Part shown: positions 26,682 to 34,775 of the stretch, one piece after another
Layout of the letters: each line of letters starts with the position of its first letter
How positions within the stretch are numbered: position 1 is the first letter of the stretch
Notes under the pieces: model-generated
The model's database searches: none
Seen by the model: the letters and a program-made list of their open reading frames with translations, nothing else
Told to the model about the DNA's origin: nothing
Made by a program: the position numbers and the translations under genes
Source: a virus
Lineage: Duplodnaviria > Caudoviricetes
Reading direction: 5' to 3' (one strand)
Virus record (IMG/VR): IMGVR_UViG_3300031454_000257
Coordinates: 1 to 45,097 of that record
DNA: 45,097 nt

Positions 26682-26996
26682 TTATTGTCCGCGCCGAAAT
26701 CTTTTCATTTGGTAATTAAACATAAAAAATTCACTTACTAAGCAAACCAGAAAAGTAATTACCAGATACCAAGTTCCCCACGTCGCTTCTTGTCCGAGTT
26801 TTCCTAAAACGTCTATAAAAATATAAACACAAAGCATCTGAAATCCGACAAGAATCGAAACTACGTGCTTTGTCAGATTGGTATAAAGAGTTTTAGCAAC
26901 GGATTGTCGTTTAACATAAACAATCAAAATAGTCAGCGTGAATAGAAAATTGCACACATCGAGGGCTAATAAAAACGCTCTTAAAATGTTATCCAT
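26682..26996 (-). CDS. Three-TM membrane protein, putative holin
   Basis: Three hydrophobic segments, basic C-terminus, near the endolysin. Confidence 0.55.
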   Translation of the reverse strand: MDNILRAFLLALDVCNFLFTLTILIVYVKRQSVAKTLYTNLTKHVVSILVGFQMLCVYIFIDVLGKLGQEATWGTWYLVITFLVCLVSEFFMFNYQMKRFRRGQ

Positions 26997-26998
26997 AA

Positions 26999-27586
26999 TT
27001 ATTCATCGCCAGCTTTTTTGACTTCCACCTTATCAGCTTCGATGTCAACTTTTTCGGCTTTCAAATCAGTCATTTGCAATTCAGCCGCTTTCAAACCGCT
27101 GTCAGAAGCGTTTTGCCGTTGTTCCTGAGTATCTTGACGGGTTTCCTGTCTGTCCTGCCTATCATTTTGCGCGTTCTGCCTTTCGCCCTGCACCTCCATT
27201 TTGCCTAGTGTTACGCCTTGCAGAGTCGAAAGCATCTCGACTTTTCCTTCAAGTCTGGCACAGCGAACTTCGCAGACGCTGTTTTGTTCGGTTAAGTGTT
27301 TATTGGCAGTCTCTATCTGCTCAATTCGACTTGCCTGATTTGACGACATTCCCTGCCAGCTTTCGAGAATTTTCTGCGTCGAAGATAACTCGGTTTCAAC
27401 TGCTTTTTGTTTTGCTTCAGTTTGCACTTCAAACGTTTTGAAATTGACTTCGTGTTGTGCCGTGTCAGCTTTAAGCCGACTTGTTTTAACGGTTGCATAG
27501 ACGGCAATCGCCGAACTAACCACGCCTGCGATTATTCCGATGCTTGTGCCTGCGTCAAACTGCAATCCTTGAAATAATAAAATCAT
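26999..27586 (-). CDS. N-terminal TM plus coiled-coil lysis-cassette protein
   Basis: SIGIIAGVVSSAIAVYA TM followed by a long coiled coil. Confidence 0.55.
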   Translation of the reverse strand: MILLFQGLQFDAGTSIGIIAGVVSSAIAVYATVKTSRLKADTAQHEVNFKTFEVQTEAKQKAVETELSSTQKILESWQGMSSNQASRIEQIETANKHLTEQNSVCEVRCARLEGKVEMLSTLQGVTLGKMEVQGERQNAQNDRQDRQETRQDTQEQRQNASDSGLKAAELQMTDLKAEKVDIEADKVEVKKAGDE

Positions 27587-27816
27587 AAATTTTCGTTTTC
27601 AAAATTCTCTAAATCCAAAATATCGTCTCCCGCCTCGTTAAAGACTTCGCCGTCGCTCATAACTTCGCCGCCAAACTGCGCTCCCATTGAACGGCACAAC
27701 TGTTCTGCTTCGGCAACCGAGCGGGCGAAGATGTGTCCGCCGTAAGTTTCCGTGCCGCGTTTCGTTTTGAACTGTTGCCTTGTGGCATACATTCGGATTG
27801 TTTGGGTGTCGGTCAT
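27583..27816 (-). CDS. Hypothetical protein
   Basis: Overlaps the next gene. Confidence 0.55.
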   Translation of the reverse strand: MTDTQTIRMYATRQQFKTKRGTETYGGHIFARSVAEAEQLCRSMGAQFGGEVMSDGEVFNEAGDDILDLENFENENL

Positions 27817-27824
27817 AAAATTAT

Positions 27825-28070
27825 TTATATTTCGCCTTTCTTAAGCGCGGGAATTTGGTTTAATACGTCGCGCTTGGCAATTTCAAGACAGCCGACCGTT
27901 TGAAACTCATAACCGCTCGTGCCTAAGAAAACGGTTTTTACATCGTCGCCGTCGTTGCTTAAGCCGATAAAAACGAATGTATGAATTTTGTTTGCTTTGG
28001 CTTCTTTTACAGCCGCGTCCAATCCGTCGAAAACTTCCGTTTCGTGTTTTGCTTGTTTTATTTGCTTCAT
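27825..28070 (-). CDS. Hypothetical protein
   Basis: GAGG RBS. Confidence 0.6.
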   Translation of the reverse strand: MKQIKQAKHETEVFDGLDAAVKEAKANKIHTFVFIGLSNDGDDVKTVFLGTSGYEFQTVGCLEIAKRDVLNQIPALKKGEI

Positions 28071-28120
28071 ATTTTCCTCGCGTCAAAAATTAAAATTTTA
28101 TTTTGCCGCTGCGATTGTCT

Positions 28121-29224
28121 TTACTCTGCTCCAAAAGGCTGTTTCCAAGTTTTCCCGCTGTAATCGGTCATCGTCGCAAATCCCTGTTTGGTTTCCGCGC
28201 CTTCGCTATCACTATTTTGTATTTCTAACGGCACGATTTGAATCGTGTTGACTGTTTTGTCCATCGCCGATTGAGCCTGCAAAACAGTTAAATCGTGAGA
28301 CTGCGTTTCGCGCTGTAATTTCAATTCGTTTTCGCGGCTTTCGCGCCGGTTTTTTATCAGCAGGTTGCCCGCGATATAGACGACGACAATCGCGCCGGCA
28401 ATCGCCAGCAGAACGATAATCAGATTAACGGGCGCGTCCTTTGCCCACGCCGCCGCCGCCGACAGATACGCGGTGATGCCCGCCGGAATCGCCAAATACC
28501 AGGCTTTGAATTTTGTGATTAGCGTGTTCTCAGGCTCGGATTTTGCGGGTTCGGCTTGCTGGACAGCGATGGCGGCGGAATTGTCAGGCGGCGCGGCTTC
28601 GCCATTTGTTTGCGGCGCGGAGTTTATCGCCTCTCGGCTCTCACTTTGCGCGACCTCGCCTGAATTTATCGCCGGATTCGCACCCGGCGTTCCAACTGAT
28701 TCGCTAGCAGTTCTGGAGGAGGTTGAACCGCGCGGTTCGGGTCTGTCAGTTGAAAGTGAAGTTTGTTTGTCGGGGGTTAAGAATAAATCGCGCTCTGCTT
28801 TGCGGCGGCGCGTGAGACCCGGAAGGACACGCCCGCCCGCTTTGTTCCACGCTAAAAATGAATCGGCGGCGTGAGCGGGTTTTCGGTTGTTGAGATTTTT
28901 GAGAACGCTTGAACGCTTTAACGCCGATTCGCCGACGTTAAAGGCGAACGAAACAAGCGCATCGAATTGGTTTTGAGTAATCGGAACTTGAACGTTTTTA
29001 TTAACGCAGTTCTCGAAACGCTGCAAATCTTTTTGCAGAAGGCGCGTTGATTCTTCTCTCGTGATTTTTTGATTGAGCTTATAAGATTCGCCCGGTAAAA
29101 CAAGATGCCCAACCCCGACCGTCAATTTATTAACAGCGTCAAGATAACCTTTTAAGATTTCGCCTTCAAAGGATTTAATAAAGGCAATGCCTTTGTCGCT
29201 GGTTTTGTAGTTGTTTTTTGCCAT
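28121..29224 (-). CDS. Endolysin, GH24 lysozyme with C-terminal TM helices
   Basis: FEG...YLD...TVGVGH, QNQFDALVSFAFNVG, GLTRRRKAER; two hydrophobic segments after a linker. Confidence 0.9.
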   Translation of the reverse strand: MAKNNYKTSDKGIAFIKSFEGEILKGYLDAVNKLTVGVGHLVLPGESYKLNQKITREESTRLLQKDLQRFENCVNKNVQVPITQNQFDALVSFAFNVGESALKRSSVLKNLNNRKPAHAADSFLAWNKAGGRVLPGLTRRRKAERDLFLTPDKQTSLSTDRPEPRGSTSSRTASESVGTPGANPAINSGEVAQSESREAINSAPQTNGEAAPPDNSAAIAVQQAEPAKSEPENTLITKFKAWYLAIPAGITAYLSAAAAWAKDAPVNLIIVLLAIAGAIVVVYIAGNLLIKNRRESRENELKLQRETQSHDLTVLQAQSAMDKTVNTIQIVPLEIQNSDSEGAETKQGFATMTDYSGKTWKQPFGAE

Positions 29225-29231
29225 TTTAACC

Positions 29232-29283
29232 AAAAAGAAAACGCCCGCGCTCGCCGGAATTAAAATCCGACAAACGAGGGCGT
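29232..29283 (-). terminator. Intrinsic terminator immediately upstream of the endolysin start
   Basis: ACGCCC.CGTTTGTCGGA...TCCGGCGAGCG.GGGCGT followed by TTTCTTTTT. Confidence 0.7.
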
Positions 29284-29321
29284 GAATCTCGACGACGCAT
29301 AAGCGTCCACAAATTATTTCA

Positions 29322-29350
29322 AATTTAGAACAGTTGGGAATTTAAGTCAA
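29322..29350 (-). promoter_or_regulatory. Sigma70-type late promoter
   Basis: TTGACT-N17-TAAATT. Confidence 0.6.
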
Positions 29351-29557
29351 TCATTTTTTAGTTTTCGATTTTCGCCACTGCACGGTTTCGCCGCAGTTCG
29401 GACAATCGAAACTGATAAAATGCGGATTGAACGGAACTTTTTTGCCGAGAAGATAAATACTTTCGCCGTCACTCGCGCCGACTACGCGGCGGCAAAGTCT
29501 ATTTTTGCATTTGAATATTTTCAACTCCGAATGTGGCGTTTCGGCGCGTTCAAACAT
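29351..29557 (-). CDS. Mu Com-like zinc-ribbon regulator
   Basis: FKCKNRLCRRVVG...FDCPNCGETV; sits at the early/late junction. Confidence 0.6.
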   Translation of the reverse strand: MFERAETPHSELKIFKCKNRLCRRVVGASDGESIYLLGKKVPFNPHFISFDCPNCGETVQWRKSKTKK

Positions 29558-29775
29558 TAGTATTTATCCGTCTGCGCGGATTAGACCGCAAGTTAGCGGT
29601 CTAATAACTTGTTCTGCTAATCTTTGGTAAAATGGCGTGGGTCTTCCGAATCAGGACGCACACGCGGCGGTCGGCTAACGTCTATTCCGTCCGCGCTAGG
29701 GATTGCTCTCCGTTTTTTTTGAAACGGCATATTAGCCAACCCATCAACCCACGCTGAACTCAATCGTTGGGCGCA

Positions 29776-30117
29776 CTACTCGATTGTATCCGCCCATTCT
29801 TGATTATCGATTGAATTATAAACAGTTGCTCCATCTTCAAGCCAGATATAACAACCGCAGCCAAAGTCTATGCTTGTATCTATAAAAAGCCGCCGCTTAA
29901 CGCCTTTGAAAATTTGATATTTGTCTGTTGCTGTCGCATCGTAGGTAACATTAGTTTTAAGAACTCCTGTTGCATTGAGGTCAATCATTTCCAGATTCAC
30001 AATACCTGTTGTAATAGAAACTCTTTCACCTGCTTTAATGTCAAAGATTGCCATAGCAAAATCGCCGTCGCATTTGTCGCAAGTTGTTTTGTTTAGTTCA
30101 AGGATTTTGCTGTCCAT
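29776..30117 (-). CDS. Hypothetical AT-rich protein
   Basis: Likely start MDSKILE; CDKC motif. Confidence 0.6.
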   Translation of the reverse strand: MDSKILELNKTTCDKCDGDFAMAIFDIKAGERVSITTGIVNLEMIDLNATGVLKTNVTYDATATDKYQIFKGVKRRLFIDTSIDFGCGCYIWLEDGATVYNSIDNQEWADTIE

Positions 30118-30317
30118 ATTTTTATTGGTTTTCGCCACGAGCTTCGCCCAAAACAATGCCTATTGCTAATCCAAAATAGGAATAACCCGACTGTAATAAG
30201 TAAAAAATCGGGATTAGATAAAGTTGTTGAACTGTTCCAAAATTGAAAAATTGACATATTTCTTAGTTGCTATTCTCACTTCCCGCTTTTGAAATCAGCC
30301 AGACTGACGCGCGTTGT

Positions 30318-30590
30318 TCAGAATTTAATCCTTGTGTCCGCATCTGACGCTGCCTTTGTAGCCGTCGCGCTCGATTTTCGCACCGCATCGTCAAGCATTT
30401 TTTCAATTTGACTTTCAATCCGCGGTTTATGTTTATACGCTTCAGTGAGTTCGGCGTCAGTAATAAACTCGTTCGCGCCGTTGGGAATCATATTGTTCGG
30501 CAATAAAATCGCTTCGATTAAAAGTTGTTTCAACCGCGCGTTTTCCGCCTCAAGCGCGGCGATTACTTTTGAGTTGTTCAGTATTTCCAT
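30318..30590 (-). CDS. Hypothetical protein
   Basis: 90-aa ORF co-directional with the early operon. Confidence 0.55.
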   Translation of the reverse strand: MEILNNSKVIAALEAENARLKQLLIEAILLPNNMIPNGANEFITDAELTEAYKHKPRIESQIEKMLDDAVRKSSATATKAASDADTRIKF

Positions 30591-30643
30591 CGGCTTAATC
30601 TCGCCGTGTTCGGCTTAGTTCAATGCTTAACTGGATTTATTTT

Positions 30644-31771
30644 TCAACAAACATATTCGACAATCGTTCGGTAATCTTCCGCTTGCAGATTTTCCGTTTC
30701 CGCGATTGCGATGCGTTCGTCAATCATTTCGTTGAAACAATCAAACAAACTTTCATCAGCTTTGACTCGCTCGACTTTTTCGTTATAGCTATCGGCTCGG
30801 GCGTTCCACACAGAAGCGTGCCGCTCACTTCGGGTTAAATAATCAGCCAAATCGAATCCGCTTTTCTTTTCCTCGCTGGTCGCCGTATCTTCGATTATCC
30901 GCGAAGTTGTAACGTCCATTCGCGCGGCTCGAGCGTCCGCCGCCTCGCGCTCCCACAAATCGAAACCGTCGGCGTCGGGAAACAAAACGATTTTTCGCGT
31001 GCCGAACCGGCGCAGCTTATCCGCTTTCAGATGCGATTTGCCGCCGACGCCGAGCCACACGAAATCATCAATAAAAATCGAAGCAATCGCCGCCGTTTTT
31101 TCAGCTTCGACAATGGCAATCGGTTTTTGCTTTTCGGTTCTGAGCAGATGCTCGCCGAAAAAACATAATTGGTGCTGAAACGATTCGGGCAAAGCTCCGG
31201 CTCGTTTCAATTCGTAATGAATCCAATTCGGATTAACCGAACGCGAGCGCTTTCCCGTCGCGGCGTCATAAGAAATTATCTTTCCCGTTCGCGCTCTGCC
31301 TTTTCTGTCTATTTGCCAGAAACAAGTCTTGCCCGTTTTTGTCGAGCCGATGAAATAACGCCGCGCCATTTCAAAAACAAGTTGCGCGTCAATGAACGAT
31401 TCGAGAAATAAAAGAAAGCGGTTTATCCCGTTATGTACTAAAGAACGAACGACGAAAGAATTATCAATAGTTTGAAACTGTTCAAATGCGTTCAAAGTGT
31501 TCAAAGTGTTCAAAGTGTTCAATTCGTTCATTTTGTTCGGAGCGTTCAATTTGCTCAAGTGTTCAAAAGTTGAACATTGAACGCTCCGGCTCGAAAAGTA
31601 TTCTTTCGGCGTCAAATGGTAGCCGCACGAAGATTCCCTGTTGCAGCGTCCGACCGTCTCATCAATGTATTCGCCCGAATCGTCAACGTAGCGGGCGAAC
31701 TGTTTTTTCGAGTTGCACGCCGGACACGCGAAGCGTGAACGTGAACCGCGATATTTTTCCAGTTGTAGCAT
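30644..31771 (-). CDS. Primase-like protein (Zn finger + DUF6371/Toprim)
   Basis: SRFACPAC...VGRCNRESSCGYH; FWQID...RTGKI; CFFGEHLL...IVEAEKTA; LFPDAD; FDLADY. Confidence 0.85.
   Translation of the reverse strand: MLQLEKYRGSRSRFACPACNSKKQFARYVDDSGEYIDETVGRCNRESSCGYHLTPKEYFSSRSVQCSTFEHLSKLNAPNKMNELNTLNTLNTLNAFEQFQTIDNSFVVRSLVHNGINRFLLFLESFIDAQLVFEMARRYFIGSTKTGKTCFWQIDRKGRARTGKIISYDAATGKRSRSVNPNWIHYELKRAGALPESFQHQLCFFGEHLLRTEKQKPIAIVEAEKTAAIASIFIDDFVWLGVGGKSHLKADKLRRFGTRKIVLFPDADGFDLWEREAADARAARMDVTTSRIIEDTATSEEKKSGFDLADYLTRSERHASVWNARADSYNEKVERVKADESLFDCFNEMIDERIAIAETENLQAEDYRTIVEYVC
31480..31585. repeat. Iteron array A (9-bp GTTCAAAGT units) inside the primase gene
   Basis: 31488-31523 is the exact reverse complement of 31971-32006. 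Confidence 0.85.
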
Positions 31772-31899
31772 AACCTCTTTACCTTCTTATACTTACTATA
31801 TATATATATAGTTAAATAAATAGACTTCTCCCAATCCCTAGTCCCTCTCTTTTAAAAACAAGGAGCGACTAAAGCGTGTGTTTTATAACTGAAAAGAGC

Positions 31900-32026
31900 G
31901 TGTTCAATCTGTTCAATAGTTGAACGTGTGAACGACTTGAACGATTGAGCAAATTGAACGCCGTGAACGGATTGAACACTTTGAACACTTTGAACACTTT
32001 GAACGCGCCCCGTTCACGGCTTGAAC
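31900..32026. repeat. Iteron array B, inverted copy; putative replication origin
   Basis: TTGAAC units at about 9-bp period; AT palindrome at 31795-31812 between the two arrays. Confidence 0.85.
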
Positions 32027-32027
32027 A

Positions 32028-33059
32028 TCATTCCGCCTCGCTTTTCGCAAGCAGCCGGTTGACCGTGCCGACCGAGACGCCCAGACGTTTCGCAATCTCG
32101 CGCTGCGGCAAATATGAAAGAACGCGAATCTGCTCCGGCAAATCCGCCCGTTCCTTATCCGATAAATTTTTCAAATGGTCTTTTTCCTGCGAGTAGCCGA
32201 GCGATTGAAATTCAAGGAAATTTGAATCTTTGGCAATCTGCATCACGCAGACATTTTCCGTGTCATATTTTTGCTCGCCGTTGCGCTGTTTTATCTGTTT
32301 GAGATAGCGCAGATTTTTATCCTTGAAGCTCTCGCCGATGGCGAAACACGAATCGGCAAAGTTAATCAGCATTTTCGAGCCGCCCAAATCGTTTCGGGTT
32401 ATCGGCTTGGTCAAGTCCCGCTTTGGCGTATGACCAAGCGCAAGAATCGACAAGTCGAATTTCGTTTTTAAGTTTTTGAGCATTTTCATCATTGACGACG
32501 CGATATGTGATTTTTCCAATTCGTTCCGCATATAGGTAATGTTGTCAACGATAATCACGCGGGCTTCCGATTCGGCTAGAGCTAAGTTAAACGAGTAATC
32601 GAGCCATTCAGATTCGTCTTTGAAACGGTCGGGAATAAGTGCCTCAATATCGACTTCGACGCGGTAAAAATTTTGGTTGAAATTAAAATGATTCGCGTAA
32701 TCTTCCGAATATCTGCGTTCAAATTGTTTTGCCGATAACTCAAAATCAAAGTAAAGAACTTTCTGCGCTCCGGCTTCCGACCTTCCGGCGGCGACAGCTT
32801 CGGCAATCTGAACGGCGAGAATGGATTTTCCGGCGTTCGTGTCGGCGAATAAAAAACAAAGCTCCGATTCATACCAGAATTCATCGAACAGCTTGTTCGG
32901 AATCGCCTGATTTTTCGCCTCGTCAATCCACTCGCTCGCCCGTTTGACGGCGAACGCGCTTTGAATCGGCGGCTCATACGTTAATAATTCGGCTTCTTCT
33001 TTTATCGCACTGTAATCAATGCCGACGCCTGTGATGTTTGCTGCTTCGCTGAGTTCCAT
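32028..33059 (-). CDS. AAA_25/RepA-like helicase with C-terminal HTH
   Basis: Walker A ADTNAGKS, YFDFELS, IIVDNIT, GHTPKR; HTH QREIAKRLGVSVGTVNR. Confidence 0.85.
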   Translation of the reverse strand: MELSEAANITGVGIDYSAIKEEAELLTYEPPIQSAFAVKRASEWIDEAKNQAIPNKLFDEFWYESELCFLFADTNAGKSILAVQIAEAVAAGRSEAGAQKVLYFDFELSAKQFERRYSEDYANHFNFNQNFYRVEVDIEALIPDRFKDESEWLDYSFNLALAESEARVIIVDNITYMRNELEKSHIASSMMKMLKNLKTKFDLSILALGHTPKRDLTKPITRNDLGGSKMLINFADSCFAIGESFKDKNLRYLKQIKQRNGEQKYDTENVCVMQIAKDSNFLEFQSLGYSQEKDHLKNLSDKERADLPEQIRVLSYLPQREIAKRLGVSVGTVNRLLAKSEAE

Positions 33060-33214
33060 TCTGTTTTCGCCTCAATAATTTCTCTAAAATCTTTTGTAAT
33101 GTCTTTTTCGAGACACGGTTGACACGCGCAGATTCCAAGCCAACAAACAGACCCGTCAGGGAAATCGTTATAATCGGCTGTAAAATTACAAAAGCTGCAC
33201 ATTCTTTGAAACAT
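33002..33214 (-). CDS. Small Cys-rich hypothetical protein
   Basis: CSFC...CQPC; overlaps the helicase start. Confidence 0.45.
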   Translation of the reverse strand: MFQRMCSFCNFTADYNDFPDGSVCWLGICACQPCLEKDITKDFREIIEAKTEWNSAKQQTSQASALITVR

Positions 33215-33226
33215 AAATTTAAATAC

Positions 33227-33415
33227 AAAAAAGCCGTCTCCTCTCCGGTCTGACCAAACACAACAACGACGAAGTGAAAAGGCTGACCTTTGAAGAAACG
33301 GCTCTTTTATCTTTGCAAAATTTATGGAAATTGGTCAAATCTTCCAACCCTAAAGTTGGAAAGCCTAACACTTCGTCGTTACTTTTAATTATACGCATTT
33401 CCATAATCTTTGCAA
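33227..33415 (-). promoter_or_regulatory. Promoter plus structured leader/terminator upstream of the replication genes
   Basis: TTGCAA-16-TATAAT; terminator arms 33232-33243/33292-33303 plus T-run; 12-nt perfect complement between 33369-33380 and 33265-33276. Confidence 0.7.
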
Positions 33416-33441
33416 GAAATAAATACATTAAACCGAACAAT

Positions 33442-33801
33442 TTACGCCATTATTTGACCGCACAGCGCGATAGCAAAACTCAAGCCGACAAATGCGAAAA
33501 GCAGAGCAAACGGCACGGAATCATCTTTGCCGTATTTCTCCGGTTTGTAGTGCGACGGCATAGTTTCGCGTCCGATGTTTTCATCTTCGCGGGCTGGCGG
33601 CGGCGGCGCATCTTCGGGCTTAGCGTATGGCTCGCTGAACTTCGCCGACATAAACTTGCCGCGATTGTTTTCCTTGACCCACAAGGCTATTTCCATTTGT
33701 TTCCCGCACACGTTGACCGAACCTTTGTAATCGGGCTGGCGTTCGTTGTCTTTGCGGTCGTTTTTGAATATCAAACCACTGTTTTCTGCATTGATTATCA
33801 T
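33442..33801 (-). CDS. SSB-like (DUF736-type) protein
   Basis: GLIFKNDRK...PDYKG...IALW...KFMSAK; DDSVPF motif near the end; likely start MIINAE. Confidence 0.65.
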   Translation of the reverse strand: MIINAENSGLIFKNDRKDNERQPDYKGSVNVCGKQMEIALWVKENNRGKFMSAKFSEPYAKPEDAPPPPAREDENIGRETMPSHYKPEKYGKDDSVPFALLFAFVGLSFAIALCGQIMA

Positions 33802-34014
33802 ATTTCCCTTTTTAGCGGCGCGGCTTTCAAACAAACCGCGCCAGCTCAATTTGCTTAAAACATAATCGGGTGCTTCTTTTGGATTAACGGCATAGCAGCT
33901 TTGTCCGTCGAGAGCGTGATTGCTCAAACTTTTAATAATCCTTGTCTCGAATCATCTTGACCGCTCGCCACGCCAAACATATCGAGAGCAGGGCGATGAT
34001 TTGTTTGAGCGTTT

Positions 34015-34377
34015 TCATTTGCTTAATCTGATATTCAAGTAACTTTCAATCTCTCTAATCGCTTCGATAGCCGAATAACAAACTGCTGTTTTATAACCGA
34101 CCGTTTCCATCGCCGATTGAAATTCTTTCTGCTCGGTTGTCAACTTGTTTTTGCCGTGCTTGAATTCAAGCCAAAGCCCGTGATTATCCATCATCGGAAA
34201 ACAGCAGAACACGTCCATAATCCCGCGCTTTACGCCCTCTCGCTTAAGTTTAGCGGCGACGGCGACGTGCCTGTGCGAGCCGTTTGGTATGGCGAATACC
34301 CAGCGCAGAAGCGGATAGCGCACTTCGTTGAGCCGCAAAATATCAAAGAAAACTGTTTGAATATCGTGTTCGCTCAT
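34015..34377 (-). CDS. VRR-NUC domain nuclease
   Basis: SEHDIQ, FAIPNG, EGVKRGIMD, LWLEFK, EQKEF. Confidence 0.9.
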   Translation of the reverse strand: MSEHDIQTVFFDILRLNEVRYPLLRWVFAIPNGSHRHVAVAAKLKREGVKRGIMDVFCCFPMMDNHGLWLEFKHGKNKLTTEQKEFQSAMETVGYKTAVCYSAIEAIREIESYLNIRLSK

Positions 34378-34384
34378 AAATCTA

Positions 34385-34434
34385 AAAAGGCGGAGAAAGC
34401 GAGGAGAAACGTGCGAATAGACGCTTTCTCCGCC
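34385..34434 (-). terminator. Intrinsic terminator with a large loop
   Basis: GGCGGAGAAAGCG/CGCTTTCTCCGCC followed by TTTTT. Confidence 0.7.
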
Positions 34435-34462
34435 GATGCCGGACGCACGCCCGGCGCAACCG

Positions 34463-34771
34463 TTAATCTCTCAAATGCGGACGATTGGACGCGAGCGGAA
34501 TCGTTATTCGCCTGCTCCATTGCCGCTCAAATTTAATCGTCTCCAGTTCCCGCCCGCCCCAATAAATCAAAGTGATACGCGGGTTCGTCTCGTCGAGCGT
34601 GATTTTCCCCGCAAAAGCCAGCGCGCGCACGGCGTCTTCAATCGAAAATCTGCATTTGCCGAACCGCTCGTTCAAGTGCCGGTATTTTGTCGCGCCCGTG
34701 CCTTTTTTGCCCGCGCGCTTTTCAATGAAGGCGCAGGCTTGTTCTTTCAGCTCGTCGAAACTTTTTATCAT
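34463..34771 (-). CDS. Hypothetical protein
   Basis: Likely start MIKSFDE just after the MTase stop. Confidence 0.55.
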   Translation of the reverse strand: MIKSFDELKEQACAFIEKRAGKKGTGATKYRHLNERFGKCRFSIEDAVRALAFAGKITLDETNPRITLIYWGGRELETIKFERQWSRRITIPLASNRPHLRD

Positions 34772-34775
34772 CTTG

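Noticed and set aside
30090-30290. Possible small membrane ORF(s)
   Set aside because: Three partial frames with no consistent start or RBS; cannot be called
31480-32026. Possible CRISPR array or LexA GTTC-N7-GTTC boxes
   Set aside because: Units have about 9-bp period (N5) with no unique spacers and no cas genes; iterons fit better
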